A stretch of DNA of 64,000 nucleotides, taken from contig NC_042998.1 in NCBI RefSeq assembly GCF_006345805.1, positions 25,606,001 through 25,670,000 of the forward strand, in the 5' to 3' direction. Shown piece after piece: positions 40,612-52,262 of this stretch. The stretch's first letter is position 1. Each line of letters starts with the position of its first letter. Source of the DNA: Octopus sinensis. Taxonomy: Eukaryota. The position numbers and the translations under genes are program-made. The notes under the pieces were generated by a model that searched no databases, was not told where the DNA came from, and was given only the letters and a program-made list of their open reading frames with translations.

Positions 40612-41027
40612 GGTGGCGAGCTGGCGGAATCGTTAGCACGCCGGGCGAAATGCATAGCCATATTTCGTCTGCCGTTACGTTCTGAGTTCAAATTCCGTCG
40701 AGGTCGACTTTGCCTTTCATCCTTTCGGGGTCGATAAATTAAGTACCAGTTACGCACTGAGGTTGATGTAATTGACTTAATCCATTTGTCTGTCCTTGTT
40801 TGTCCTCTCTTTGCTTAGCCCCTTGTGGGTAGTAAAGAAATAGGTGTTTCGTCTGCTGTTACATTCTGAGTTCAAATTCCGTCGAGGTCGACTTTGCCTT
40901 TCATCCTTTCGCGGTCGATAAATTAGGTACCAGTTACACACTGAGGTTGATGTAATTGACTTAATCCGTTTGTCTGTCCTTGTTTGTCCTCTCTGTGTTT
41001 AGCCCCTTGTGGGTAGTAAAGAAATAT
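40612..41027 (+). mobile_element. SINE family A with internal tandem duplication of the body
   Basis: ggtggcgagctggcggaatcgttagcacgccgggcgaaatg...; body repeated from about 40845. Confidence 0.9.
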
Positions 41028-41279
41028 ATATTCTCTTTATTTCTATTGATGTACGGATCACTCTTAGTCTTGTCAACTGAGAGGAGTATGCTTTACTGAT
41101 GGACTCTAATATGACCTCATTCCTTCTTCCTTAAACAATACTAAGCCCTACCACACACATAGATTAACAGCCACAACCACACACATGCACTCACACACAC
41201 GTGTTATCATTGCACACATACACATATACACACGCACACACACGCAGACCTTCGCGCACGCACATATCCACATTTACAC

Positions 41280-41561
41280 AGACATACCTCCTCTTGCACT
41301 CTCCTGTCTTTGAAAGAACTTTTCTTCACTCATTTCCTTCTGGTCATTCAAAATGTGACCACGTGTGTACCGTTGGCGATTTTTTTTCCTCCGTCTTCCC
41401 TTCTCTGGATCTTTCATTTTCCTATGTTTCTGATGAAGAGCTCCGCTCGAAACGTTAAACACTCCTTCTTCCCTTCCTTCCTGAACGTCCAATAATACTA
41501 TACTTGTTCCACGTCCTCGCATTGTTGTGTTTTCTCTTTGTGTTTTTATGTTTGGATTAAC
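41280..41561 (+). mobile_element. Penelope-like pLTR-derived element, family H1
   Basis: Carries an intact hammerhead motif, pyrimidine-rich, ends at (TA)n; paralogs at 23151-23326 and a fragment at about 7040-7090 (-). Left boundary uncertain. Confidence 0.7.
41425..41461 (+). ncRNA. Minimal type-I hammerhead ribozyme motif
   Basis: Stem I tgttt/aaaca; core CTGATGA; extra a; stem II gagc-tcc-gctc; GAA; palindromic stem III acgt; predicted cleavage after GUU (41456). Confidence 0.8.
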
Positions 41562-41578
41562 TATATATATATATATAT

Positions 41579-41712
41579 ATATAATGGTTGTATACTGTCA
41601 ATCTAACAAGAACGTGACAGTAGGGGGTACACCACCGTTATATAGCCCTATAACGGTGGTGTACCCCCTACTGTCACGTTCTTGTTAGATTGACAGTATA
41701 CAACCATTATAT
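41579..41712. repeat. Perfect 64-bp inverted repeat with 6-nt loop
   Basis: 41579-41642 is the exact reverse complement of 41649-41712; loop tagccc. Confidence 0.98.
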
Positions 41713-42182
41713 CGCTCGCTCCACACCGTACACCTCTCTACGAGAGATTTAGAAACTCAATATTTCTTATATATATATATATATATGTACACATATATAC
41801 GATAGGCTTCTTTCAGTTTCTGTCTTCCAAATCCACTGACAAGGCTTTGGTCGACCCGGGGCTATAGTAGAAGACACTTGCCCAAGGTGCCATGCAGTGG
41901 GAATGAACCCAGAACCATGTGGTTGGTAAGCCAGCTACTTACCACACAGCCACTCCTGCATAACTTTGGTGTAAATAAATATATTTTTGAGTAATTGATT
42001 AAAAAAGTTCCCTGACCCTTGCATTATAGGGTAGATGTGGTCAGTCCCAGCATAAAATAGGCCGAATATTTGGGCCAGATATGACCGGTTTAAATGCCGA
42101 GAAGTTAAATACCATTAGAGGGAGATTTGCGTTCCAGCTGCTTGGATAATCTCAGTTGCTGAAAGTTATTTTTAATCCACTG

Positions 42183-42410
42183 AGGTACGAAAAACTAATC
42201 GAAGAGTGCAGAGAACAGGGATGGAATGTCCAGTATTGCCACCATTAAAGTTGAGACAGTGTCACATGACAACTTGCTGGGGCTGCCTGCGGGAGCCTAG
42301 CAGCAGGTATTTAAAGGGAAAAAATTTGACAAGGCAGTCAGTCGCCTGCTGACACTCGTTGGCGCTACATTGAAGAGGCCAGGGAACAGAAGAAAGAAGA
42401 AGAAAGAAGA
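42183..42410 (+). mobile_element. RLE-type (HERO/NeSL-like) LINE C-terminal relic
   Basis: RYEKLIEECREQGWNV...KGKKFDKAVSRL resembles the K..KY..L...CR..GW tail of the restriction-like endonuclease domain; frameshifted. Confidence 0.6.
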
Positions 42411-43174
42411 CACGCACCCAACACCAGAGCTGAAGACACCTCCAAAAGTGGGGGGAGCACCACGTCAAAACGGTAGAGGATTAAGGGCCGAAACCGAATG
42501 TGGTTCTTCCTGATGATGTCTTGAGTTAACTGGATCCTATAAAGGAGCTGTTGTGGTAGCAGACCACAAAACATGGTTGAAATACCTTCCATATGTGAGA
42601 CCCTGTAATATGTGGATTCAGTATGCAGAATACTCCTGTAGAGTTTCTTTGTCTAGTGCATTGCACAATAGTACAAAATCTGAAACCATGTAGTCACAAA
42701 CAGGCTTCTTAACGAGTCTTTCACTCAAAAAATTATTTTGATCAACTATATGAAACTAATTAAGAAATTTCAAATGCCATTAATTACATATTTGAATGTT
42801 GCATCTTATACCAAGTTTAAGTTTTACTATATCTTTGTTGTTAATATTTGGTTCAATTTTTCCCTTGGAATTGTCTTTTCTTCTTTGTTCCATCTTCAAG
42901 AAAAACTATCAAAGTAGTTTTTGTTTTAATAAATCACTTTTATTTCCTTTCTGTTGCTAAACTATAACTTCAGAACTCAACAATACATTTTCTTTTCCTA
43001 AAGGAATCGGTTTGACAGATGTTACTGTATTAAATTTATCATCTAGAAGCAATCAATTTAATAACATATGCAAAATGCCAAATTATTCAATTAATCAAAT
43101 TAATCAAAAATTTCCTCATATTTTAAATCCTAACAATTCATATTAAATTATATATATATATATTATGTATATAT

Positions 43175-43320
43175 GTGTTTTGATGTATGTGTATGTTTGT
43201 CTTAATGTGTGTGTGTTTGTCTTTACGTGTGTGTGTGTGTGTCTTTACGTGTGTGTGTGTGTTTGTCTTTACGTGTGTGTGAGTGTGTCTTTACGTGTGT
43301 GTGTGTGTGTGTGTGTGTGA
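43175..43320. repeat. Minisatellite (GT)n-ctttac, about 20-bp unit, about 5 copies
   Basis: gtgtgtgtgtttgtctttac-type units in tandem. Confidence 0.85.
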
Positions 43321-43626
43321 GTGCTTTAGATTGTTTTTCACAATTTCAAAGCTAATTTATCCGATATTTCATCATTGTTAAGCATTTAAGTACGGAACTG
43401 TCTTTGTCCACTTTGAATCACTATAACGATAATTAGTTACTTAATGAACTATCACTTTGAAATTAGGTTTGGAAGTATTAGCATTCAAGTTTAATAATAA
43501 CATGAAAGAACAATCAACATCTACAGATGGAAATAAATGAAAAATTTCAATATCCGGCTTTGTCAGTAAATTGGTAGACAGAAACAATGCAGAAGTCCTA
43601 CATGTACATATATATATATATGTATA

Positions 43627-43675
<49 letters not shown>

Positions 43676-43739
43676 ACATTTATAAATACATAACATATAT
43701 ATGTGTATATATATATTTATATATTCATACATGTATATG

Positions 43740-43773
<34 letters not shown>

Positions 43774-43911
43774 TATGTATACATTTATAAATACATACAT
43801 ATATATGTGTTATATATAATTTATATATTATACATGTATATGTATATATATATATATATATGTATATATATACATACACATACATACATATATATGTGTG
43901 TATATATAATA

Positions 43912-43944
<33 letters not shown>

Positions 43945-43959
43945 TTCCTGCACTAGCTT

Positions 43960-44447
43960 CACATAGCAGCCCCAGCCCATCCAAAGTACCTTTGCATCAC
44001 AGGACGGCCTGCTGTGCTTACCTTGGATCATAGGGACGACCTGCTGTGCTTGAGGAGACCTATTGAGTCAAGTTCATCAACATCAAAATAAAAATGAAAT
44101 GGAAATTGTAGTTGCAATAACCGTACCAGTGACTCATAAAAAGCACCATCCAAACGTGGCTGATACCAGCGCTGCCTTGACCGGCTTCTGTGCCGGTGGC
44201 ACATAAAAAGCACCAACTGATCATGACCATGGTCAGTCTCCCCTGGCCCTTGTGCCAGTGGCACATAAAAGGCGCCAACTACACTCATGGAGTGGTTCAT
44301 GTTAGGAAGGGCATCCAGGTTCCAGTCTGATATGGCAGTGTTTCTGCCATATCAGACTGGAGCCTGGTGCAGCCTCCTGGCTTCCCAGACCCCGGTCAAA
44401 CCGTCCAACCCATGCTAGCATGGAAAACGGACGTTAAATGATGATGA

Positions 44448-44448
<1 letters not shown>
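43960..44448 (+). mobile_element. SINE family D, long copy
   Basis: gcttgaggagacctattgagtcaag...ggaagggcatcc...ccgtccaacccatgctagcatggaaaacggacgttaaatgatgatg. Confidence 0.8.
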
Positions 44449-44511
<63 letters not shown>

Positions 44512-44562
44512 ATATATATATATATATGTAAATATGATATGTGACAATTATTGAGTAGCCAT

Positions 44563-44623
44563 GATAAAACTCAGAGTTTCAGATGTCGGAGCAGAAACCC
44601 ACGCCAGCATTTCTTCAGTTATC
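44563..44623 (-). ncRNA. Type-I hammerhead ribozyme motif, family H3 (inside a ~44541-44720 element)
   Basis: Minus strand gataa-CTGAAGA-a-atgctgg...ccgacat-ct-GAA-actctgagt-t-ttatc; stem I gataa/ttatc, quasi-palindromic stem III, imperfect stem II. Confidence 0.6.
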
Positions 44624-45914
44624 GGGTCATCGAAAATATGCTATGAAAATGACCCTTAAAACAAAGGGAAATTACTGTGTGATTGAATGCTAAGACAAAA
44701 GAGGTATTAGAATGACCGCAAAGTAATGGGAGGGAGTAAAGGTAAGGGAGTACAAATGTTCATAGTAATCGCATAAGTGTGCATGTCCATACATACATAT
44801 GCACACCCACACACCCACGTATATATGCCTATATGTATACACTCATCCACCCTCACTTGAAACACACACATACTCACCCACACATTTGCCAAAAAATATA
44901 TACATACCCACATACATGCTCGCACATACACCCACGTGCACAAAAAAGGTTCATACACACGTCTATATATGCACATACTCAAGAAAAAACAGAGCTAAAG
45001 GCAAAATGCAGAAAAATGTGTAAAAAAAGTTTTTAAAAAATAAGCAATAAGCACGTCTATATATGCACATACTCACATGCATGCACATACACGTCTAATA
45101 TATGCACATACCCGCACAAGTCTATATACACACACACGCACATAAAAAATTCATACACACATCTATATACATCCATGCACAAGGAAAAACAGGCTTAAAG
45201 GCAAATACAGAAAAATGTGTAAAAAAAGGTGTAAAAAATAAGTAATAAGAGTGAAACATGTCTATATACGCGCATACTCGCATGCACACACATACACATG
45301 CGCGTCTAAACACGCACATACCCGCACACATGCACACATCCACACATGCACACAAAAAATTCCATATACACGTCTATAAATAATCACAAGGCAGATTATC
45401 AAGCTGAGCCAACTAACAGGAGATCTAGGAGTGGACCAAGAATGAAACTGTTGAATAAAATCCGCGATCGCAATTGGTCACACTCGGCCCTCCAGCCAGA
45501 AAGTCTAACAGTGGTCGCTTCTAATAGGACCATACGAAGGAGGTTCCTGAGGACTTTAATCCCATAACTGTCCTAGCCATCCAAGAATTTGGACCTGGAG
45601 ATCTCCATTTCCAGTGACTTCGAGGGCCACCTCTCAGTGGTGTCGGGTGTCAACGAAGAACCCTCGATTACAACAAGACGACCAAAGATTTTTATTTCCA
45701 AGGTCTGGGGTCTCCCACCCCTAAGCCCTAGACCATCACCTAATCACCCTTATTTGTCTTGTTGCTTAACAACATAACTGTCCCAGGAACAGTGAGCAGA
45801 GAAGGTGGATGGATAGATGGATGGACACTTGTTCTTATTTTTTTGATTCTTTTAAAGAGTTGCGTCTGACCAGTGTGCTTCTCAGCCATGCAGCAGGGTC
45901 TTTGCAATTCATTC

Positions 45915-46244
45915 TTTTATTCTTTTACTTGTTTCAGTCATTTGACTGCGGCCATGCTGGAGCACCACCTTTAACATAAAAGTGTTGCACTTTTAACAAT
46001 AGCTATTATTCCTTCTTTTAAACTCTTTTACTCTTTTACTCATTTACTTGTTTCAGTTATTTGACTGTGGCCATGCTGGAGCACCGCCTTTAGTCGAGCA
46101 AATCGATCCCAGGACTTATTCTTTGTAAGCCTAGTACTTATTCTATCGGTCTCTTTGCCAAACCGCTAAGTTACGGGGACGTAAACACACCAGCATCGGT
46201 TGTCAAGCGATGTTGGGGGGACAAACACAGACGCACAAACATAT

Positions 46245-46300
<56 letters not shown>

Positions 46301-46455
46301 TGGGCTTCTTTCAGTTTCCACCTACCAAATCCACTCACAAGGCTTTGGTCAGTCCGAGGCTATAATAGAAGACACTTGCCCAAGGTGCCACACAGTGGGA
46401 CTGAACCTGAAGTTATCTGGCTGGTAAGCAAGCTACTTACCACACAGCCACTCCG
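45915..46455 (-). mobile_element. SINE family B with duplicated tail
   Basis: Tail cagtcatttgactgcggccatgctggagc appears at about 45935 and 46055. Confidence 0.85.
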
Positions 46456-47399
46456 TCATGCTAAACTTTTGATATACCATTAAGATCAGTGAAGTAAAAT
46501 ATATTTGCTTTCGAAGAAGCTGTGTATTTTCCTCTTAAACATGTTTTCCGTGGGCCTAATACCATACTTTTTGATACAATTTCAGTAGAGTTTATTGTTA
46601 CTATTGTTTATATCAAGTAAGCCCTGGATTATCTAAAGTGTTCCATCCATTGCAATTCTGTCTTTTTGTAATATTTATGTCTGTATTTTCCTACGTGCCT
46701 TTTAAATGATACGGTATGATTTAAGACTGATATTGCCCTATGATTTCTAAGAGGACAAACGACCATGAAAAAGGCTTCTTCATTGGTTCGTCTAATTATT
46801 GGCTTGGTACAGTAGTATTTCATGAGCCATTTGTCAAAGAATTGATAGGATATTGTGTAGCTACAGCTATATTAATGAGGTGGTGATGTTAGTTTATCTG
46901 ATTTGCTCTCCTGTGTGTAGTTAGTTTATATAGATTTCAGCTATTGGGAGAGCAAAGGTTTCCATAATTTTATAGGCAAGGGTAGATCAAACCAAATAAT
47001 TTTTCTTTTCCGTTTTCCGTTATTGCAAAGGTTTCATTTCCACAACATATCACTATAATAACAAGTAGTATAAATATACATATTTTTGCCTAAAGACATA
47101 TTGAATAGTCCCCTGCTAATAAATATTACTGGCTAAAATATTTATGATCTTAGGTATATGGTTAAGATTTCTTTTAAGTATTTGTTTAGCTTTCCATAAG
47201 ATTAGCACTTAATAGAAATTACATCTATCATGATGTTTTAAATGTTGGCGTACTTATGTTAGTTCCTTTTCAGAGTTAGAAATGTTCCTTTTACTAACCT
47301 TTTTATTACATTCTTTCTAAGCTTCTCCTAATGATGGTTTTTCATGTTACAAGAGAGCGCATGCTAATTGTTTCTGTATAGCTTTATATCATGTGTGAG

Positions 47400-47810
47400 C
47401 ATGAAGTAGAAATCCTAAGCATGGCTAATATTAAGAAACCGAGGGCTTTCAACATTATGTGCTACACACAAGCACTCAAAGATCGAATGCTTCAGTTTCA
47501 GAAGAATTTGAAGTTAATAGAAAGCTGATGATGATGATGATCAGACAGAAAATCTTCAAAATTTTGGCTACATTATCAGGGCCCAGAATCTTTTTTCTGA
47601 CATCCATAGGGGTCAGGTGGATGGAAAATGAATTTGAGGGTGATAAAGATGAAGATGGAGGGATGATATCAAGAACTGAATGAAGAGAAACATGGTAAAG
47701 AGTTTTCTTGCAGCACGAGACCACAGTTTGGGGTAAAAATTGGTCGTTGTACCTGAGACCTCAACCCACCCATGAGAGTAGGATTTGCATTGGTGAATTT
47801 TTTACATAAT
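47400..47810 (+). pseudogene. Possible piggyBac transposase C-terminal relic
   Basis: AWLILRN...LQFQKNLKLIES...QVDGK...HETTVWGKNWSLYL resembles NAW...FR..L...RLDG..H...ET..WC..C...LC; Cys residues lost, many stops. Confidence 0.35.
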
Positions 47811-49037
47811 TCTAAAAGTTTTAAGAAAAATTTTAGTATTCTACATGTAAAAAGTGCAAATCTGTTGAACTGAATAAATCTAGTTTTCTTTTTTTTTTTA
47901 TTCTGTAGGTTGTTAAACCATTTAATTACTATAATTCCGTTGATGATGCCATTGTTGTTTATCCCAGGTCGATCCTACTCTAGGTACAAGGCTTGAAATT
48001 TTTGAGGAGGGGGCCAGTCGATTAGATCGACCCCAGTACACAACTGGTACTTAATTTATCGACCCCAAAAGGATGAAAGACAAAGTCGACCTCGACAGAA
48101 TTTAAACTCAGAACATAAAGACAGATGAAATACCTGGCATGCTAATGATTCTACCAGCTCACGACTTTCTAAATTGATAATATTGTGAATCTGCTTAGTA
48201 CATCCAGGTTGTTCTTTGTGAGACTTATCAGATTTTAGATTCTGCTCTGAAGAAATGCTTTCTTCTTTGTTGTCAGTTCAAACTTCTTTGTTAACGTTGT
48301 TATATACACCGAAATTAAAATTTTTGCATTATTTTGTTGTTTGCTGTCAGGAATTTTTTTTATTTGACAATAAGTAAGCACTCTGAATTTTCCAGCAGGA
48401 GGCAAAGATGTTCATAGATAAGCTTTCCTAAATATAACAATAATTTCGAGTTCATCAAAAATTTCATCAAAATTTCTTCAACATAATCAGAGATAAGAAT
48501 CAGAAATAAATGTTGAAATCTCATTATTACTTTGATATTGCCTTCTTTACTCCGATTTCTTTATCACAGTCTCCACATATTGACTAATCGCTCTCTTGGT
48601 TCCTAACCACATTTCAAAATTGGTAGTAAGTAGATATTGTAATCTTCTAATAAAGGGTTATAAGCATTGTAAGCATTATCTGGAAAAATTTATTCATTTT
48701 ATATTTTTTCATCCATTTTTTTTTATCAATAGCGTAATTGATTACAGGTACCAAAGAAGCCAATCATTGGTTTCCTGCATTTATGACGGCACCAATAAAT
48801 GTGTGTGTGTGTGTGTCTTTGTGTCTTTGTCCCCCACTACACCACTTGACAACCAAGTATTGGAGTGATTACGTCCCCAGAACGTAACTGTTTGACAAGA
48901 GAGGCTGATAGAATAAGGTTAAAGAAAGAAAGAAATGAGTACAGTGGTTGATTTACTTGACAAAAATCCTTCCTGGCTACTGTCTAATGACTGAGTGAAA
49001 CAAAACATAAAATATAAAAATATATATATATATATAT

Positions 49038-49229
49038 TCGCCATGTTAGATCGCTAGCCACTAAACCTTTTTTATTTTCTCTCCTTGTTTATTTCTGTGT
49101 TCCTTTCTGTCAAAGAGCATAGGCTTTAAATTTAAACGACTTTCTCACTTCCCGAGCATTAAACTAATACATCTGTTTGTTGTTTACACACCCAGCTTCA
49201 TCTTTTGTCTTTTATAAATTCTCACTCTA
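49038..49229 (+). mobile_element. Penelope-like family H2, decayed copy
   Basis: cctttctgtcaaagagcataggcttt...cccgagcattaaactaatacatctg; preceded by (TA)n. Confidence 0.6.
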
Positions 49230-49262
49230 CATACATACATACATACATACATACATACATAA

Positions 49263-49296
<34 letters not shown>

Positions 49297-49300
49297 TTAC

Positions 49301-49346
<46 letters not shown>

Positions 49347-49884
49347 TATATATAATATATATATATACATATATATATATATTCATGCATACTTTTATCA
49401 TCATTGTATTTACTTGCTAACTGTCATTATTGTAGTTCACAGTATTGAATTTGTATGCCTTTTCCATGCTTTTTATATAAATACGTCTTTCTGCGTATAT
49501 TTTCTGAATTGATATATCTTTCAAGATATTTGATGTCAAATAACGTTTTCAATCAATTAGTCTTTCAGCCAATTTGCTTTACTATAAATAAGACTTTTGA
49601 CCACTTTGACTTCCTACAAATGTTTTTGTCTTTCAGCAAAGATGTTTTAGACCAATGTGCTTTCAATAAATGTGCTTCACATAAGCTGTGAAAATTTAAG
49701 TTATAACCATAGAATATCAGGTTCAATCCCAATGCACAGTACCTTAGATGAAAGATTTCTGCAATAATCTTCAGTTGGCCAAGATCTCTTGCGAGTGGAA
49801 TTTGTTGGATGGAATCTGCACAAGTTTCCATTCATCATTGCATAGGTTTGGGGTACTTTTGGATATTTTTGGAAAATATTGGTG

Positions 49885-50505
49885 GAGGGGACCAGTCGAT
49901 TGGTACTTAACTGGTACTTAATTTATTGACCCCAGTACACAACTGGTACTTAATTTATTGACCCCGAAATGATGAAAGGCAAAGTCGACCTCACCAGAAT
50001 TTGAACTCATAACGTAACGGCAGACGAAATACCTATTTCTTTATTACCCACAAGGGACTAAACATAGAGGGGACAAACAAGGACAGACAAAGGGATTAAG
50101 TCGATTAGATTGACCCCAGTGCGTAACTGGTCCTTAATTTATCGACCCCGAAAGGATGAAAGGCAAAGTCGACCTCGGCAGAATTTGAACTCAGAACATA
50201 AAGACAGAGGAAATACCACTAAGCATTTCGCCCAGCATGCTAACATGTCTTTTCTACTCTAGGCACAAGTTTCATTTATTGCTGAACAATAAGCAATAAA
50301 TGAAATATCTGCTGTAACCAAGAATTGGTTTTAGACTTTTGCACAAGGCCAGCAATTTTGGGTGACTGGGGAAGTTGATTACATTGACCCCAAAAGGAGG
50401 AAAAGCAAAGCTGACCTCAGCAGGATTTGAACTCAGAACTTAAAGTTGGATGAAATGTCTCTAAAGATTTTACCTGGCATGCTAATGGTTCTGCTAGCTT
50501 GCCAC
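49885..50505 (-). mobile_element. Stack of SINE family A copies
   Basis: Three bodies; 32-bp tandem duplication aactggtacttaatttattgacccc at about 49910-49965. Confidence 0.85.
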
Positions 50506-50574
50506 ATTGTCGTATACAGATATTGAGTTCTCTTTTACTTCATTTATAATTTCATCATGTAGATATAGATTAAA

Positions 50575-50691
50575 CACACACACACCACACCACACACACA
50601 CACATACATACATGCATATATACATACACACACACATACATGCATACATACATACACACACACACACACACATATACATACATACATACAT

Positions 50692-50726
<35 letters not shown>

Positions 50727-50821
50727 TACATACATGCATATATACATACACACACACATACATGCATACATACATACACACACACACACACACATATACA
50801 TACATACATACATACATACAT

Positions 50822-50852
<31 letters not shown>

Positions 50853-51024
50853 TACATACATACATACATACATACATACATACACTCACACATACATACA
50901 TACATACATACATACATACATACTCACACACACACATACATACATACATATACACACACATACATGCATACATACACACACACACACATACATACATACA
51001 TACATACATACATACAACATACAT

Positions 51025-51059
<35 letters not shown>

Positions 51060-51125
51060 TACACACACACATACATACGTACATACATACATACACACAC
51101 ACACACTTACATAGATACATACATA
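50575..51125. repeat. (CATA)n/(CA)n compound satellite
   Basis: Directly visible; higher-order unit of about 60 bp. Confidence 0.95.
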
Positions 51126-51129
51126 TCTG

Positions 51130-51340
51130 TGAGTGGGGGCTGAAAGTTACTTGCTTTAAGGGTATCATGAAAGGTCTGGTTGGAGGCCCAATCCTCCAAG
51201 TTCTTTTACAGGGCTTAGAAAAACTGAAGGACTGCTGCAATAAATATGAGTCTGAGAGGGGTCTATGTTGAATAAAACCATAATTAACTGAGCCTCTTGT
51301 ATTTTCATTTATCCAAAGCCAGGAACTTTTCTGCACCCTT
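51130..51340 (+). mobile_element. mariner 3' end fragment
   Basis: LQGLEKLKDCCNKYESERG.YVE* matches the mariner C-terminus (GI.KL..RW.KC...G.YVE); TIR-like gccaggaacttttctgcaccc. Confidence 0.6.
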
Positions 51341-51650
51341 TCATTCCTTTTTACTACAGATATGACTCCACAGATAACAATATTTGTAACTCAAATGCAA
51401 AAAGAAGAAAAAAATAATGAAATCAAACAGTCTTCGATTAATTATGGACGTGTTTCTGGATTAGAATTATACAAATTCAGTTCCGTCCTCAACATAATAT
51501 TTCGAGAATTTATAAATTTGAAAATGCTAGGAACCTACCCTTTGAATCCCAACCAAGCGCCATCGGAAAATAACAGAAGGTAGTCAGCACATCCAAATTT
51601 ATATAGACAAGTGAATTTGTATTTTCCCTCCAAGAGTATATATATATATA

Positions 51651-52020
51651 GTGGAGGCGCACTGGCCCAGTGGTTAGGGCAGCGGACTCGCGGTCATAGG
51701 ATCGCGGTTTCGATTCCCAGACCAGGCGTTGTGAGTGTTTATTGAGCAAAAATATCTAAAGCTCCACGAGGCTCCGGCAGGGGATGGTGGTGATCCCTGC
51801 TGTACTCTTTCACCACAAATTTCTCTCACTCTTACTTCTTGTTTCTGTTGTACCTGTATGTCACTCTCTGTGTCACGCTGAATATCCCCGAGAACTATGT
51901 TAAGGGTACACGTGTCTGTGGAGTGCTCAGCCACTTACACATTAATTTCATGAGCAGGCTGTTCCGTTGATTCGGATCAACCGGAACCCTCGTCGTTGTA
52001 ACCGACAGAGTGCTTCCATC
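51651..52020 (+). mobile_element. SINE family C, near full length
   Basis: gtggaggcgcactggcccagtggttagggcagcggactcgcggtcataggatcgcggtttcgattccc; CpG-rich, so relatively young. Confidence 0.85.
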
Positions 52021-52225
52021 CAATATATATATGTGCGCACATACTCACATGCATTTTATATATGTAGATGGACATCTTTCAGCTTTCCCCTATGAAATCC
52101 TCTCACAAGGGTTTGGTTGGTCTATGACTATAGTAGAAGACATTTGTCCTGGATGTCGCCCAATGGGACTGAACCTGGAGCTATGTGGTTGGGAGATGAA
52201 CGTCTTAAACACATAGCCATGCCTC

Positions 52226-52262
<37 letters not shown>

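Noticed and set aside
42483-42522. Circularly permuted hammerhead (GAAA...CTGATGA) in the RLE LINE 3' region
   Set aside because: Stem III (accg/tggt) is possible, but only 4 nt remain for stem I and the first stem II pair is a mismatch.
51536-51610. TATA plus ATG plus donor (MALGWDSK/gtaggt) as a first exon on the minus strand
   Set aside because: The ATG is too close to the TATA-like sequence, the upstream DNA is a SINE, and no downstream exon could be linked.
51651-51725. tRNA-Arg gene (also 38644 and 24951)
   Set aside because: A/B boxes and an anticodon-like TCG are present, but there is no acceptor stem and the sequence continues into a SINE body.
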